From positions 1,378,851 to 1,442,850 of the forward strand of contig NW_003314274.1 in assembly GCF_000143415.4 (NCBI RefSeq): a DNA stretch of 64,000 nucleotides, given 5' to 3'. A program made the position numbers and the translations under genes. The stretch is from Selaginella moellendorffii (lineage: Eukaryota; Plantae; Lycopodiophyta). The notes under the pieces were generated by a model. That model was not told the origin of the DNA. It saw only the letters and a list, made by a program, of their open reading frames with translations, and searched no databases. Shown in pieces: positions 1-12,933 of this stretch; the first letter of the stretch is position 1; each line of letters starts with the position of its first letter.

Positions 1-69
1 ATATTCGCGGGAAAGTGAGATCTGATGCGTGTGCCAGAGTGTATGGGCGGAGCGAAGCTTTATAACGAG

Positions 70-623
70 CATCATGAGCGCTTAGAAAGTAGTTTCCGAC
101 TGGATCGCTAGATGATCGAGCAAGTTTAGGAATGGACCGACGCCTGTGAAGGGTGCCTGGATGAAGACTTCACTTCCTTGATCTTGAGCGTCCTCATCCA
201 AGATCCCTCCCGGGTACGCTGGATCCTTCGAGCCTCCCTCCCAGCATCGCGTAGGATAACCAGCTGGGAGTGATGAGGTTTCCAGCTCCCACCGGGTCCG
301 AGAGGCAGGAAAGAGTAAGGAAGGAGAGAAATCGATAAAAAGATCTCTATCTTCACGAAAAGAATGGATTCTAGAGAGCTTACGTTCCATCTAGGAACGA
401 CAAGCTTTGAGGCGACGCGAACCACAGCTGCCTATCGGATTTCTGCCACACAAGAACGAGCAATCCATCATCAGTCTCGAGAAATTTCCACAATGTATAG
501 CATAGCATCGATTAAGCAAGGAGAACATTAGCTTGTCCGATGTGGCTCTCACCACGATGGCAGAGCGGCGGAGCTGGAAACCCTGTGGCATTCCCAATCA
601 CCAGCTGCTAGCGGCGCTGCCAT
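70..623 (-). pseudogene. LHCA3: Lhca3-like PSI light-harvesting protein pseudogene with multiple internal deletions
   Basis: Minus-strand pieces read KSDRQLWFASPQSLSFLDGT, LSDPVGAGNLITPSWLSYA, GGSKDPAYPGG, TLKIKEVK and FIQAPFTGVGPFLNLLDHL..DPVGN. These match recalled Lhca3 motifs in order, but the frames shift and blocks such as NGRLAML and helix 2 are missing. ATG at 623; ACGTGGC G-box-like site at 697-703. Confidence 0.8.
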
Positions 624-826
624 GATAGATCGCGATCGATCGATGGCAAGCTCGTCTTTTTCGCGCCAAATTCACGCCAAATTCACTTCTGTGCCGACGT
701 GGCAGGGAAGAGCTATCGCCCTAGATTCTCGTAAGTGAGCATTCTAGCGAATGGATTCGTCATACGGCACGATCCCCACGATTCCATCGTCTCTGTCGCT
801 CGGTATGGTGTAAGAATTTGTCAGCC

Positions 827-2834
<2,008 letters not shown>

Positions 2835-2844
2835 CTTGGAGCCG

Positions 2845-3273
2845 TCACTTCACCAGGATACACATTCTCGTCGAGTCCACCATTCCAGCTAGTTCTTCCT
2901 CCAGCAATTCTGGGTTCTTCAATGCTGATTTGGCAGCGTCTATCAGAAGCAACGGGCATCCACCACATATACGATATGTCTTCTTCCAATCCTGCTGACT
3001 AACATCAGACCATCCTCTGTCGGCCAAATACTTGAAGAACAATCCCTTGGCCACATAAACAACTTGAAAGGGATCGACGGAGGTTGCGCCCAAAGCCGTG
3101 CTCGAGTGTCTCAAGACCATGGCCCCGACCATGGCACGCCAGAGAGAGGCAACTGTGATAATGGTGAGAATCTGCGAGGGTGGAACATCGTCATCCACAT
3201 CGCTGAGAGTATTCCCAAGAATCCTAGAGAACATCTCAAAGAAGTGAAGTGGCGCCTTGACGTTCTTGTCCAC
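2845..3273 (-). pseudogene. Fragment resembling the helical domain C-terminal to a STAND/AAA-type P-loop ATPase
   Basis: YRICGGCPLLL resembles the GxP motif (CGGxPLAL) of STAND/archaeal-type ATPases. No P-loop is present, and the ORF stops 10 bp before the tubulin ATG. Confidence 0.3.
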
Positions 3274-3386
3274 CTCCCAAATGCTCTGGAACCGCTCCCT
3301 CGCCTGACCGCCACCTTCAAGCTGCGATCCCTAAAATGCCCATGCATGAGCTTGGCGGGAAAATGAGATTTTGATGGCTTTGTGGC

Positions 3387-5507
3387 ATGCTGCTGGGCGA
3401 TCACAGACGTGTAGATAGCTTTGCCAGAGCGCTGAGGTCGTGCAATGCGCCGGGGGATCTTCTCAAAGGCAGGCAAATTCACGCAGAGATTGTGCGCAGC
3501 CACTTCTCCCAGAACAGATTTCTCCAGAATCTTGTTGTGGAGATGTATGGGAAGTGTCGGAGCGTGGAGGAGGCCTGGCGGGCGTTTGAGACCATCGAGC
3601 ACCGCAACATGTTTTCGTGGAGCATGATAATCATGTCATATGCCCAGAATGGGTATCTGCTTCAAGCACAAGAAGTGTTTGATTCCTTGGTCGAGAAAGA
3701 TACCGTGGTTTACAATACCATGCTAAAGGCATATGCCGAAAACGATGATTTTTCAGAAGCCAGAGTTTTGTTCGATGAGATTCCTGATAAAGATGCGGTA
3801 TCATGGAATACTATGCTTTCAGCATATGCCAAAATCGGGCATCTTGATCTTGTGGAAAACATTTTCAAAGACATGCCAGTTAGAACCGTTGCCTCGTGGA
3901 ACACCTTGATCGTTGCGTACAAAGGTGCTTGTCTTGAGAGAAGCTCTCTTGGAGCTTTTGTTTCCATGGATCATGAAGGCTTTCAGCCCAACAAGATCAC
4001 TTTCGTTGGAGTGATCGACGCTTGTGCCCAGGGAAAGATCCTCGACTTTGGAAGGTTGGCACACGAAGAGGTATGTTTTGCTGGACTGGAGTTTGATGTT
4101 CCCATCGGCACTGCTCTGATAAAAATGTATGGAAAGTGTGGGAACATAAACCAAGCCATGGCTTTGTTCCGCAAAATGCCGCTCAAGAACACGATCACTT
4201 GGAACACAGCGATAACAATCCATGCGGAGGACGGGAACCTCGACGAAGCGTACAAGATCCTGCGAGAGATGCCACGGCCAAGTGTGGTCTCCTGGAATGC
4301 ACTGCTCGCGGGGTATGCCTCTCAGATCGATCAAAGCGGCGACCCCCTTTCCCAAGCTCGAGAGATTCTGGAAAAGATGGCGGAGCGAGACGTGGTTTCC
4401 TGGACGACGATGATCTCCTTGTATTCTCGGAATGGCCTGAGCAAGGAAGCGATGAGTTGCTTCAAGAGAATGGATCTAGAAGGCATCAAACCCGATAGAA
4501 TCGCGCTGGTGGCCATCGCCGAGGCATGCACGACCCTCGCAGACGCTAAACACGTCCACGAGATCGCCAGCCATGAAGCCACTGTGGAATCCGACGTAGA
4601 ACTCGCCGCAGCGTTCGTCAACCTGTATGGAAAGCTCGAGAGCCTCCACGGCGCGAGCAGAGTCTTCGATCGAGCTCGGGGCTTCTGCAAGCCGTGGAGC
4701 AGCATCGAGACACACCTGTGGAACTCCATGCTCGCGGCGCTCGTCCAAAGCAAGGCCGCCAGAGATGCCATCGTGTTCTTCCGCGGGATGCTCCTGGAAG
4801 GGGTTCGATCCAACGAGACCACTCTCGTCACCGTCTTCGAAGCCTGCAAGGCCTCCTCCTCCGCCTCCTCGGCGCTGCCACTGCTCCGGTGCTTGCAGGA
4901 GAGCGTCGTGAGACGAGCTTCTTTCGCAGCGAGCACCGTGGTCGAGACCGCTCTCCTCGGTTGCTATGGAAAGCTGGGAGCTCTAGCGGACGCCATCGCC
5001 ACCTTCGATGATCTTCTCTCCAGCTCGCAAAACGTTGTCTCCTGGACGGTGATGATCTCGGTGTGTGGCGAGCTCGGGCATCCCAGGCAAGCGCTCGAGC
5101 TCTCGCGGAGGATGCACCTCCACGGCATTCTCCCCGACGACACGGCAGTGACGACGCTCCTCTCGGCGTGTAGCCACTCGGGCCTCCTGGACGAGAGCTT
5201 CCGGCTGTTTGGATCGATGAGGCCCGACTTTGGCGTTGACCCGCGGATCGAGCACTACGTCTGCGTGATCGATCTGCTGGGACGAACTGGACAGCTGCTC
5301 GAGGCTGAGGTCCTGATGAGCAGCGATCACTTTGCTCGGCTCGGCCTCGAGGCGAACGAGTGTGCGTGGACGGCCTTCCTTGGAGCTTGCCGAGATTTTG
5401 GAGACGTTTCTCGAGGTGCCACTGCTGCCAAGGAAGCATTTGTCTCGGATCCGGAGAACTCTGGCCCCTACATGCTACTCTCGGACGTGTGCGTAAACTC
5501 TGGGTGA
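3387..5507 (+). CDS. PLS-class pentatricopeptide repeat protein with E domain, no DYW (organellar RNA-editing factor type)
   Basis: 706-aa intronless ORF with VSWNxML repeats, LLSACSHSGLLDE, HYVCVIDLLGRTG, AWTAFLGACR and DPENSGPYMLLS. Confidence 0.92.
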   Translation: MLLGDHRRVDSFARALRSCNAPGDLLKGRQIHAEIVRSHFSQNRFLQNLVVEMYGKCRSVEEAWRAFETIEHRNMFSWSMIIMSYAQNGYLLQAQEVFDSLVEKDTVVYNTMLKAYAENDDFSEARVLFDEIPDKDAVSWNTMLSAYAKIGHLDLVENIFKDMPVRTVASWNTLIVAYKGACLERSSLGAFVSMDHEGFQPNKITFVGVIDACAQGKILDFGRLAHEEVCFAGLEFDVPIGTALIKMYGKCGNINQAMALFRKMPLKNTITWNTAITIHAEDGNLDEAYKILREMPRPSVVSWNALLAGYASQIDQSGDPLSQAREILEKMAERDVVSWTTMISLYSRNGLSKEAMSCFKRMDLEGIKPDRIALVAIAEACTTLADAKHVHEIASHEATVESDVELAAAFVNLYGKLESLHGASRVFDRARGFCKPWSSIETHLWNSMLAALVQSKAARDAIVFFRGMLLEGVRSNETTLVTVFEACKASSSASSALPLLRCLQESVVRRASFAASTVVETALLGCYGKLGALADAIATFDDLLSSSQNVVSWTVMISVCGELGHPRQALELSRRMHLHGILPDDTAVTTLLSACSHSGLLDESFRLFGSMRPDFGVDPRIEHYVCVIDLLGRTGQLLEAEVLMSSDHFARLGLEANECAWTAFLGACRDFGDVSRGATAAKEAFVSDPENSGPYMLLSDVCVNSG

Positions 5508-5596
5508 TCTTCTTACGTAGAACAAATATTTTCTTCGAGCTCTTGGGCGATCTTCTGCCATTATTCCAGTGCTCGGAAAACGACCTTCTGTTGTAC

Positions 5597-6400
5597 CTAT
5601 TCCTGCGAGACGTCGGTGCTCATGTTCCAGAACTCGTTCTCTAGCTGCAGTACTCGAACGAATGCATCTTCGCCGCGCTGCTTCACCTCGTTTGATCCTG
5701 TGCTCTCCACTGCTGCCTCTGCAATCGATCTCAGCAAATCGCAGTAGCTGCCGAAGCTCGGACTGCCCCAGCGCCCGCAAGCTTCCACGAGTTGATGCGG
5801 TGTCTTAGAACCTGGTTCGAGGCAAAACGCGAAGCTCTCGAAGTAGACATGCTCAATGGCCCAAAAGGTGGACAAGACGACGGCATAGTCGACGCTTGGT
5901 TGGCTCATATCCTCCAGAAATCTTTTATGGATGTCCATGCAAGAAGAACAAGAAGAAAATTAAAAACATGTAAGCTCCGGGATGTATGATCCTACCTGCA
6001 GTAGTCTTGTGTAGTTTTCTTGGGAGGCAGATCTTCCAATCCAATTTTCCAGACCAAAGCCTCCTTCTGAAACCACTGGAGCTCGTCATGAAGCGCGGAA
6101 GCTCCGGACAACAAGGTCATGAGCGTCTCGTCACTGGCATTGGACGGGATTTTGGCCAAGATGCTTCCAATGAAACGCACGAACGCCTTGACAAAGATGT
6201 AGTCTTGCCCCTGCAGAGAAAACATAAAAATGACTCCAGATCTATCACAAAGAGAAGCAAACCATCTGGAAACTTACCAGCCATCGTTTGTAGCAGCTGA
6301 GATCCACAGAGCCATTCCGGATGCTTACAATATAAGGATGATGAGTTGTGGCTCTGTTGTAGAGCTCAGCGTGGCGAGACTTCCACTGCGAGAGCGCCAT
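5597..6400 (-). CDS. TENA_E / TenA-THI4 family protein (thiamine salvage), 3 exons
   Basis: Exons read MALSQW..ATTHHPYIVSIRNGSVDLSCYKRWL / GQDYIFVKAFVRF..LHDELQWF / FWAIEHVYFESF..RWGSPSF..LENEFWNMS, separated by short GT-AG introns. Confidence 0.9.
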
Positions 6401-6686
6401 AGCCAAGAGCCTCTTCTCCAAATGGTGCCCTACTAAAGTCAACCAGGGTGATGTTTATAAACTTTTCCCAGTGTCAATCGTCCCTTCTCCAAAGCTTCCG
6501 AAAGATTTCATCTTTCCTGGCAAAGAGGCCCTCTCGATTCCCATAAAAGTTGTTGGATTCCCTGTTTCGATCTGTTGCTACCGTAAAAAAAAAAAAACGA
6601 AACTCTCCTGCAAAAAAAAAAGAAAAGAAAAGTTTTGGTTCTTCGCTTCCTCCTCGAAGAAAAACTTACGTGTGGCGTGCTGGTAT

Positions 6687-7216
6687 TTAGTACTTCCGGC
6701 TTGCGCTCGAGAGCTTGGCCAGCAATGCCTCTTGTTCTTGCTTGACAGCCATGAGAGAAAGATGTTCCACTCGCAATCTCTATGAATGAAAAATGTAGTA
6801 GGACGTATAAAGAAAGAAAATTGCTACCTCGAGTTCTTCTTTCCTTCGATCGATCCCTTCTTTCACGACCTGCAATTCCTGCGGCCGCTTTTCCATCTCG
6901 TCTCGCACCAAATTCCTCGTCCCAATCGCGCACAGCTTCGCATTCTCGATCTTGGACGCGCGCTCGCCCACTTGGCCCAGAAGCTCTTTCACTAACTGCA
7001 CAAAAGCACCGATTCCATCGATTAGAATGCCAGGGAGAAAGACACACGCGATCCATCAAGAATGCGAGTGATTTTCTTGCATGATCACACCTTGTTGAAG
7101 CTGGAGACCTTGGATCGAAATGCCGCGCAGGAATTCTCGACGGAGTGGCAGCGCGCGTACGTGTCGGTGGGCAACAGGCGCACGCACGACTCCTCATCGA
7201 TGCTCACAAGCGCCAT
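6687..7216 (-). CDS. IFT20: Intraflagellar transport protein 20, 3 exons
   Basis: Spliced product MALVSIDEESCVRLL..FNK / LVKELLGQVGERASKIENAKLCAIGTRNL..KEELE / RLRVEHLSLMAVKQEQEALLAKL matches the IFT20 pattern ExEKxxAIGxRNL...ERxxxEYxxLxxVxxEQ. Confidence 0.85.
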
Positions 7217-7260
7217 AGCCACAAAAATATTTGTGCCTGGAACCCTAACGAATGTTCTTC

Positions 7261-8110
7261 ATGGAAGAAGACGATGCGTGGCGGTCGTGGCTGGATTCCG
7301 CGATCGCGCACTTGATCGGCTCCAAGGTCCTTCGCTCCATGCGCACTGTGAGTGTAGCTAGCGGCGCCAGCAGCGCCACTAGCAGCGGCAATGCAGGTGG
7401 ATTTTCCGATAATCGAGGCGACTGGGAAGATCAAGCGGTACAACTCCAAGTCTCTCCCGAGACATTCCAGCGCTGGATCGATGATGAGCCTAGCACAGGT
7501 ACGCGAAAGAGAAGTATGAGGAGTAAACTTTTTTGTTTCTCAGGAGAATCGTGTGGAGAGAAAGAGAGAATGCGATCGCTCATCCAATTCTCTGGAAACG
7601 ATTATCTTGGACTCTCCATGCATCCGGCTGTTCGCTCCGCCGCATCCAAGGTGCTAGATCCAGTCTTTCATCTATCAATTTTTCTCTACTCCTTTCCAGG
7701 CTGCTATCGAATTTGGAATGGGACCAAGAGGCTCTGCTCTTATTTGTGGCTATACGATTCATCACAGAAGACTTGAATCGGCTATAGCATCGCTTAAAAA
7801 CTCTGAGGTTCGTTTCTTTCTTACAAGCTTTTTACTTTTTTTTTTTCTTCTGTAGGAATGCTTGCTGTGTCCTACAGGATTTGCAGCTAATATGGCTGTT
7901 ATGACCGCAATCTCCATGAACATTCCAGGCTTCTCCTCGCAGAACAAGATAGCTATCTTTTCCGACGAGTTAAATCATGCTTCGATCATCGACGGTGTCC
8001 GGGTGGCTCAAAGGCAGAATAACTCCGAGGTTTACGTCTATTCCCATAATAACATGAGAGAATTAGAAAGCAAGCTGTAAGTTCTTGTCCTCTGTTGACT
8101 TGCGTGTTTT

Positions 8111-8165
<55 letters not shown>

Positions 8166-9215
8166 GCAGATCTTCCTGCAAACTTGAGAGGAAAGTCGTG
8201 GTTACTGACAGGTAAATCCACTTTAAAATCTGTCAAAGCTCTCAACCAATCTTTGGTGTAGTCTATTTAGCATGGATGGAGATTTCGCCCCTCTGGACAA
8301 GCTTGTCCAACTGCGGGATAAGTATAATTTTCTTCTGGTTATCGACGATGTAAGTTTTCTGTATCATCTTTATAGTTTTAGAATTGGAGTGCACCTACAG
8401 GCCCACGGAACTTTGGTCTGTGGTGAAAATGGAGGTGGAGTGGCCGAAGCTTATGGCGTCGAAGGAAAAATCGATGTTTATATCGGCACTTTGAGCAAAG
8501 CATTTGGTTGTCAGGGTGGTTTCATTGCTACCAGGTATGATTAGATTCTCTCCTCTCAACCGTTTCTTAAGCATTTTCTCTGCAGTCGCAAGTGGAAGTT
8601 GCTGATGCAATCTAGAGGCCGCTCTTTCGTTTTTTCGACTTCGCTCACTCTTCCCGTGGTGGCAGCGGCTCATGGTAAAGCTGTAAGCTAAAAACAGTTT
8701 CCTTCTTCATGACCTTGCTTATGGATTTTTGCTGTATGGCAGCTGCTCTCGTGGTTGCTAGCGAAGAAAAATGGCGGCGTCAAGCACTGTGGAGCAGAGT
8801 AAAACAATTTGCTGATTTGACGGGGCTAGACATACAAAGTCCAATCGTTCCGGTGGTCATTGGCAGCGAGATAGATGCACTCCTGGCGAGCAAGTAAGAG
8901 CCATGACTTTCCTTTTTATTAGTCCTCATGTTGCAAAGTCCAAACGACATTTCTTTTTCGTTACGTAGGGACGTTCTCAAGGCTGGTTTTCATGTACTGC
9001 CAATTAGACCACCAGTTGTTCCTCCAAATTCATCCAGGTAACCACATTTTCTCGTATTTAGAACTCACTGCTTGCTTCTTATGCTTATGTCTAGGCTTAG
9101 AATCACTTTGTGTGCCTCGCATACAGAAGCTCATGTACAGGCTCTATACGAAGCTCTTGCTCCATGGCTATCACGAAGCAAGACGATTGCCTTCGAGCCT
9201 CTCTCCAAGCTGTGA
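7261..9215 (+). CDS. BIOF: 8-amino-7-oxononanoate (KAPA) synthase, multi-exon, C-terminal PTS1 SKL
   Basis: [62 protein letters not shown] and RLRITL motifs; last exon ends EPLSKL-TGA at 9213-9215. Confidence 0.93.
8115..8162. repeat. (CT)n microsatellite in a BioF intron
   Basis: About 24 CT units immediately before the 3' splice site. Confidence 0.95.
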
Positions 9216-9447
9216 GACACGACAGATTTACAGGCGATTATACGAAGTTACTTTTTTCTCTGGTAACTCAAAGAATCACATGCATAACTCTTGTCTGTCA
9301 CATGTAGAGACAGGAGGAAGTTTGCTTCCAACGCAAATCTTCTGCACTTCTATCCTCGTCCCGTCTACTTCAATTAAACGAGGTAAGTTCTTATGTTCTT
9401 GAGAGTTCTCACAGATAGGATCTAATCGTTTATCTTCAGACGTGAAA

Positions 9448-10491
9448 ATGTCATTGGTTCTGCTGTTGTTGCTGCTGCTGCTGCTGCCCCTGGTTGTGCA
9501 TTCGGTCCCAACGATCGGTGCCAGAGGAGTACTTGGCAAAGATGGAAACTCCATCGCTTATCTCGCAGACTTTAGAGTGAACTCCACCCCCATCTTTGAC
9601 GAGAGGCCCGACGTCTTCTTTGCGATGGACACGAACGCGCAGCACGTCAGACTCTCCAGTAATTCGTGCGCCGCCGCCAACACACGCATCACCAAGCTGG
9701 GCCTCTGGTCGCTTCAAACAGCACAAGATGGCCAGGTTGCAAGTACGTCCGACTCGTTCCTCGGCAACGTTGACATCCTCTGCCGCAAGAAAGGCCGCAA
9801 CGTCGCCCCGCTGAGCTCCAAGAACACGAGCTTGCCCGCGCAGCTCTCCAAAGTCGAGAAAACTCCTCTCAGGTTCGCCTATGTGCTTTGGGATCAAACG
9901 TTTGCAACGCTTCTCTTTGGTAAGACGCTGTGGATACAGTACACAGGTCTGGGGAGGACAGTACCGGTCGTGTTCGTCCACATTCCTCTCAAGCTGGACG
10001 CCACTGCCGCGAGCTACATGGTGAAGGTGACCGGCATTGGATTCAAAGAGTTTTTGATCCGGCAGAAGTACTACGTCGAGATCAGCGTCACCCAGCGCTT
10101 CACCACTCTCCCGTCCAAGATCTACAGCTTCATCGTGAATCAGTTCCAGCAAGAGGCAAGCGAGAAGAAGATCAAGCGAGTCTCCGCCAGCGCCTACAAC
10201 GGAAAGCTGAGCTTGTGCTACCAGATGAGGAGCTCCGACGTTAGAGGATTCCGCAACGTCACCATGGTGTTTAGTAGCAAGTTCCGGTGGAGCGTTCCCG
10301 CGGACAAGTACTTGGTGCCAAAGCCCGGCACGAGCAACGTGTTTTGCTTGGCATATCTGCAAGCTCCTGGGAATGGCAGCCATGGAGTTATTGGAACGCT
10401 CCAGCAAGAACGCCGCGCCATGGACTTTAACTTGGAAACGAAGAGCTTGGGTGTAAGTTTTCCTCTCATTGGACCCCTCACCACTCCTTGA
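9448..10491 (+). CDS. Secreted pepsin-fold (A1 aspartic protease-like, TAXI/EDGP/basic 7S globulin type) protein, probably non-catalytic, copy 1
   Basis: Leu-rich signal peptide, AMDTN at the first catalytic site, SLPAQLS..RFAYVL, YMVKVTGI, EISVTQRFTTLP at the second site, CLAY and VIGTLQQ..MDFNLETKSLGV. Confidence 0.8.
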   Translation: MSLVLLLLLLLLLPLVVHSVPTIGARGVLGKDGNSIAYLADFRVNSTPIFDERPDVFFAMDTNAQHVRLSSNSCAAANTRITKLGLWSLQTAQDGQVASTSDSFLGNVDILCRKKGRNVAPLSSKNTSLPAQLSKVEKTPLRFAYVLWDQTFATLLFGKTLWIQYTGLGRTVPVVFVHIPLKLDATAASYMVKVTGIGFKEFLIRQKYYVEISVTQRFTTLPSKIYSFIVNQFQQEASEKKIKRVSASAYNGKLSLCYQMRSSDVRGFRNVTMVFSSKFRWSVPADKYLVPKPGTSNVFCLAYLQAPGNGSHGVIGTLQQERRAMDFNLETKSLGVSFPLIGPLTTP

Positions 10492-11025
10492 GAACAACTT
10501 CTCTCTCTGTTTAGTTTTCCAATAGAGCTGGAGCTCGAAAATCATGTGTTTTTCCTCTTCTTCTCCTAGAAAGAATGAAGAAAATCTTCTCGTCCGTAGA
10601 TCGGCTATAAAGTTTTGGAAGCAAAAGAGTGTTTTCTCTTGAAAATCTTTGATCTTCCTCTTCGCCATAGTTCTCTTCCATGGATTCCAAGTTACCATTA
10701 ATGTTTTTTGAGCGTATGAGACCACACACAAATAGCATGTGTGTAATATCGCGAAGCTATGGACGAAACTTACTTGAAAGGCTGCCACCGTCTTGCTAGC
10801 TACACGTGATTGACGCGATGTTTACAAGTCCAAATTGGTCGCCGCGCACTTGACTTCCTCGCTATAAAAATCCCGGTCCTCGTCTCCTCATCCAAGCAGA
10901 TCTAGAGAACTTCCATCCAGTGTTTTTCAAGCTTTCGTAGGCTGTCTCTAGCTAGTACGTCGCGGATTGATCTTCTTATCTACTGTTCTTGGTGTGTCTT
11001 CTAGTGAAAATCTTGCTGGAAAACG

Positions 11026-12069
11026 ATGTCGCCACTGCCAATGCTTCTATCACTGCTGCTATCACTGCTGCCCCTTTCAGTCCACTCGCAGATCCCGACC
11101 GTGGACGCCACGGCAGTGCTCGCCAGCGATGGGAACTCCATCACTTACCTCGCCAGGCTCGCGCTTAACACCACCCCCGTGGTCGATAGCGCCATAGATT
11201 CTCGCTTCGCCATGGACACGAACGCGCAAGTCGTCTCTTTCTCCAACACCTCTTGCCCCGCGGCGAGCAAGCTGGGAATCTCGACGCTCGTCACTGGAAA
11301 CACTGGCATAGTCGCGGCCATGTCGGATTCCTTCGTCGCCAACATCGCCGTCCTCTGCCGCAAGAACAGCCGCAGCATCGCGGCGCTGGGATCCAAGAAC
11401 ACGGCCTTGCCCGCGCAGATCTCCAGAAGCCTTGGGCTTCCTCTTCGATTCGCCTACGTGCTGCGCGACACCTCCGCGTCGATCTTCGTCGGCAAGACGG
11501 GCTGGATCCAGTACACGCAAATCGTCCCACCCGTGACCGTGCCCGTGGAGTTCGTCCAGATCCCTCTCAAGCTGGATGGTGCCGCGAGCTACATGGTGAA
11601 GATGACCGGCATTGGAATCAAGGCGTTTCTCACCGGCCAGGAGGATAACGTCGAGATCAGCGTCACGCAGCGCTTCACCACTCTTCCGCCCAAGATCTAT
11701 GGCTTCGTCGTGGCCCAGTTCCAGCAAGAGGCGAGCGAGAGGAAGATCAAGAGAGCTTCCACGAGCGCTTACAATGGGAAGCTGGGCTTGTGCTACCAGA
11801 TGAGGAGCTCCGATGTTACCAGGTTTCGCAATGTGACCATGGTTTTCAGCAGCAAGTTCCGGTGGAGCGTTCCAGCGGACAAGTATTTGGTGCCAAAGCC
11901 CGGGACGAGCAACGTTTTCTGCTTGGCATACCTGGAGTTGGCTGCTGGGAATGGCAGCCATGGAGTTATTGGAACGCTACAGCAGGAAGACCGCGCCATG
12001 GAATTTAACTTGGAGAGGAAGAGCTTGGGTGTAAGCTCTCCCCTCATTGGAGCTCTTATCTCACCTTAA
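11026..12069 (+). CDS. Secreted pepsin-fold (TAXI/EDGP-like) protein, tandem copy 2
   Basis: Same motifs as copy 1. TATAAAA at ~10864 and CACGTG at ~10803 lie upstream. Confidence 0.8.
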   Translation: MSPLPMLLSLLLSLLPLSVHSQIPTVDATAVLASDGNSITYLARLALNTTPVVDSAIDSRFAMDTNAQVVSFSNTSCPAASKLGISTLVTGNTGIVAAMSDSFVANIAVLCRKNSRSIAALGSKNTALPAQISRSLGLPLRFAYVLRDTSASIFVGKTGWIQYTQIVPPVTVPVEFVQIPLKLDGAASYMVKMTGIGIKAFLTGQEDNVEISVTQRFTTLPPKIYGFVVAQFQQEASERKIKRASTSAYNGKLGLCYQMRSSDVTRFRNVTMVFSSKFRWSVPADKYLVPKPGTSNVFCLAYLELAAGNGSHGVIGTLQQEDRAMEFNLERKSLGVSSPLIGALISP

Positions 12070-12581
12070 CTGAAATTAACATGGTTTTGCTTGTTAAGTA
12101 ACAAATAAAGAAATAAATAAAATAGCTTTATTATTAAGAACCTATGGTTTTCTAAGCATTATAAGATTAGATTAAATTAGGTAGATGTTTATGATCTGGT
12201 AAAAATCAAAAGGAATTAATTTGATTCTAGAATATTTTTGGAGGCAAGGAAGTATAGCAGAAGGGGGAGATTTTCTTGGGAGAGAGGGGGGAGTTATAGG
12301 AAAAAACTCTTAGCACACCTTAACTGAAATTAACTAGATTTTGCTTGTTATAGAAATAAATAGAATAACTTTATTATTAAGAATTTACATAAAAACTATG
12401 GTTTTCTATGCATTATAATTTTGACAAAGATTAGATTAGATTAGGTTAGATGTTTATGACATGTATGAAATAGGTTAAAAATCAAAAGGAATTAATTTGA
12501 TTCTGGAATATTTTTGGAGGCAAGGAAGTATAGGAGAAGGGGGAGATTTTCTTGGGAGAGAGGGGGGAGTTATAGGAAAAA
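12062..12581. repeat. Diverged ~254 bp tandem duplication between the TAXI-like gene and NF-YB
   Basis: Units start with caccttaactgaaattaac at 12062 and 12316; both end with gagaggggggagttataggaaaaa. Confidence 0.85.
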
Positions 12582-12588
12582 GGAGGAG

Positions 12589-12933
12589 ATGGAGGAGGGC
12601 AACAAGGACAAGGATCGTCACTTGCCCATCGCCAACATCGGCAAGATCATGAAGCGCGTGCTGCCGGACAACTCCAAGATGACCAAGGACGCCAAGGATC
12701 TCGTCCAAGAGTGCGTGTCCGAGTTCATCTGCTTCGTCACCGGCATCGCCGCCGACCGCTGCACCAAGGAGAAGCGCAAGACCATCAATGGCGACGACAT
12801 CCTCAAGGCGCTCCAGCAATTAGGGTTCGCGGAGCACGCCGAGATCGTTCGCGTCTACTTCGAGCGCAAGGCCGCGCAGGAAGCTGCCGCTGCCGCTGCC
12901 GCCGCCGCCGGTGGCAAGGCCGCTACTCGCTAG
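12589..12933 (+). CDS. NF-YB: Nuclear factor Y subunit B (HAP3), non-LEC1 type, intronless, poly-Ala tail
   Basis: [54 protein letters not shown] histone-fold motif. Confidence 0.9.
   Translation: MEEGNKDKDRHLPIANIGKIMKRVLPDNSKMTKDAKDLVQECVSEFICFVTGIAADRCTKEKRKTINGDDILKALQQLGFAEHAEIVRVYFERKAAQEAAAAAAAAAGGKAATR

Noticed and set aside
5597-9215. B-vitamin gene cluster (TENA_E + BioF)
   Set aside because: Different pathways, separated by IFT20, with no other pathway genes; adjacency is plausibly chance.
9451-11961. Long antisense ORFs (445 and 294 aa), and similar ones opposite the PPR, DRC1 and F-box genes
   Set aside because: Shadow frames of GC3-rich coding sequence with no recognisable motifs.
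12589-12933. LEC1-type NF-YB
   Set aside because: It has Lys (MTKDAK) at the diagnostic Asp position and lacks the MPIANVI signature.
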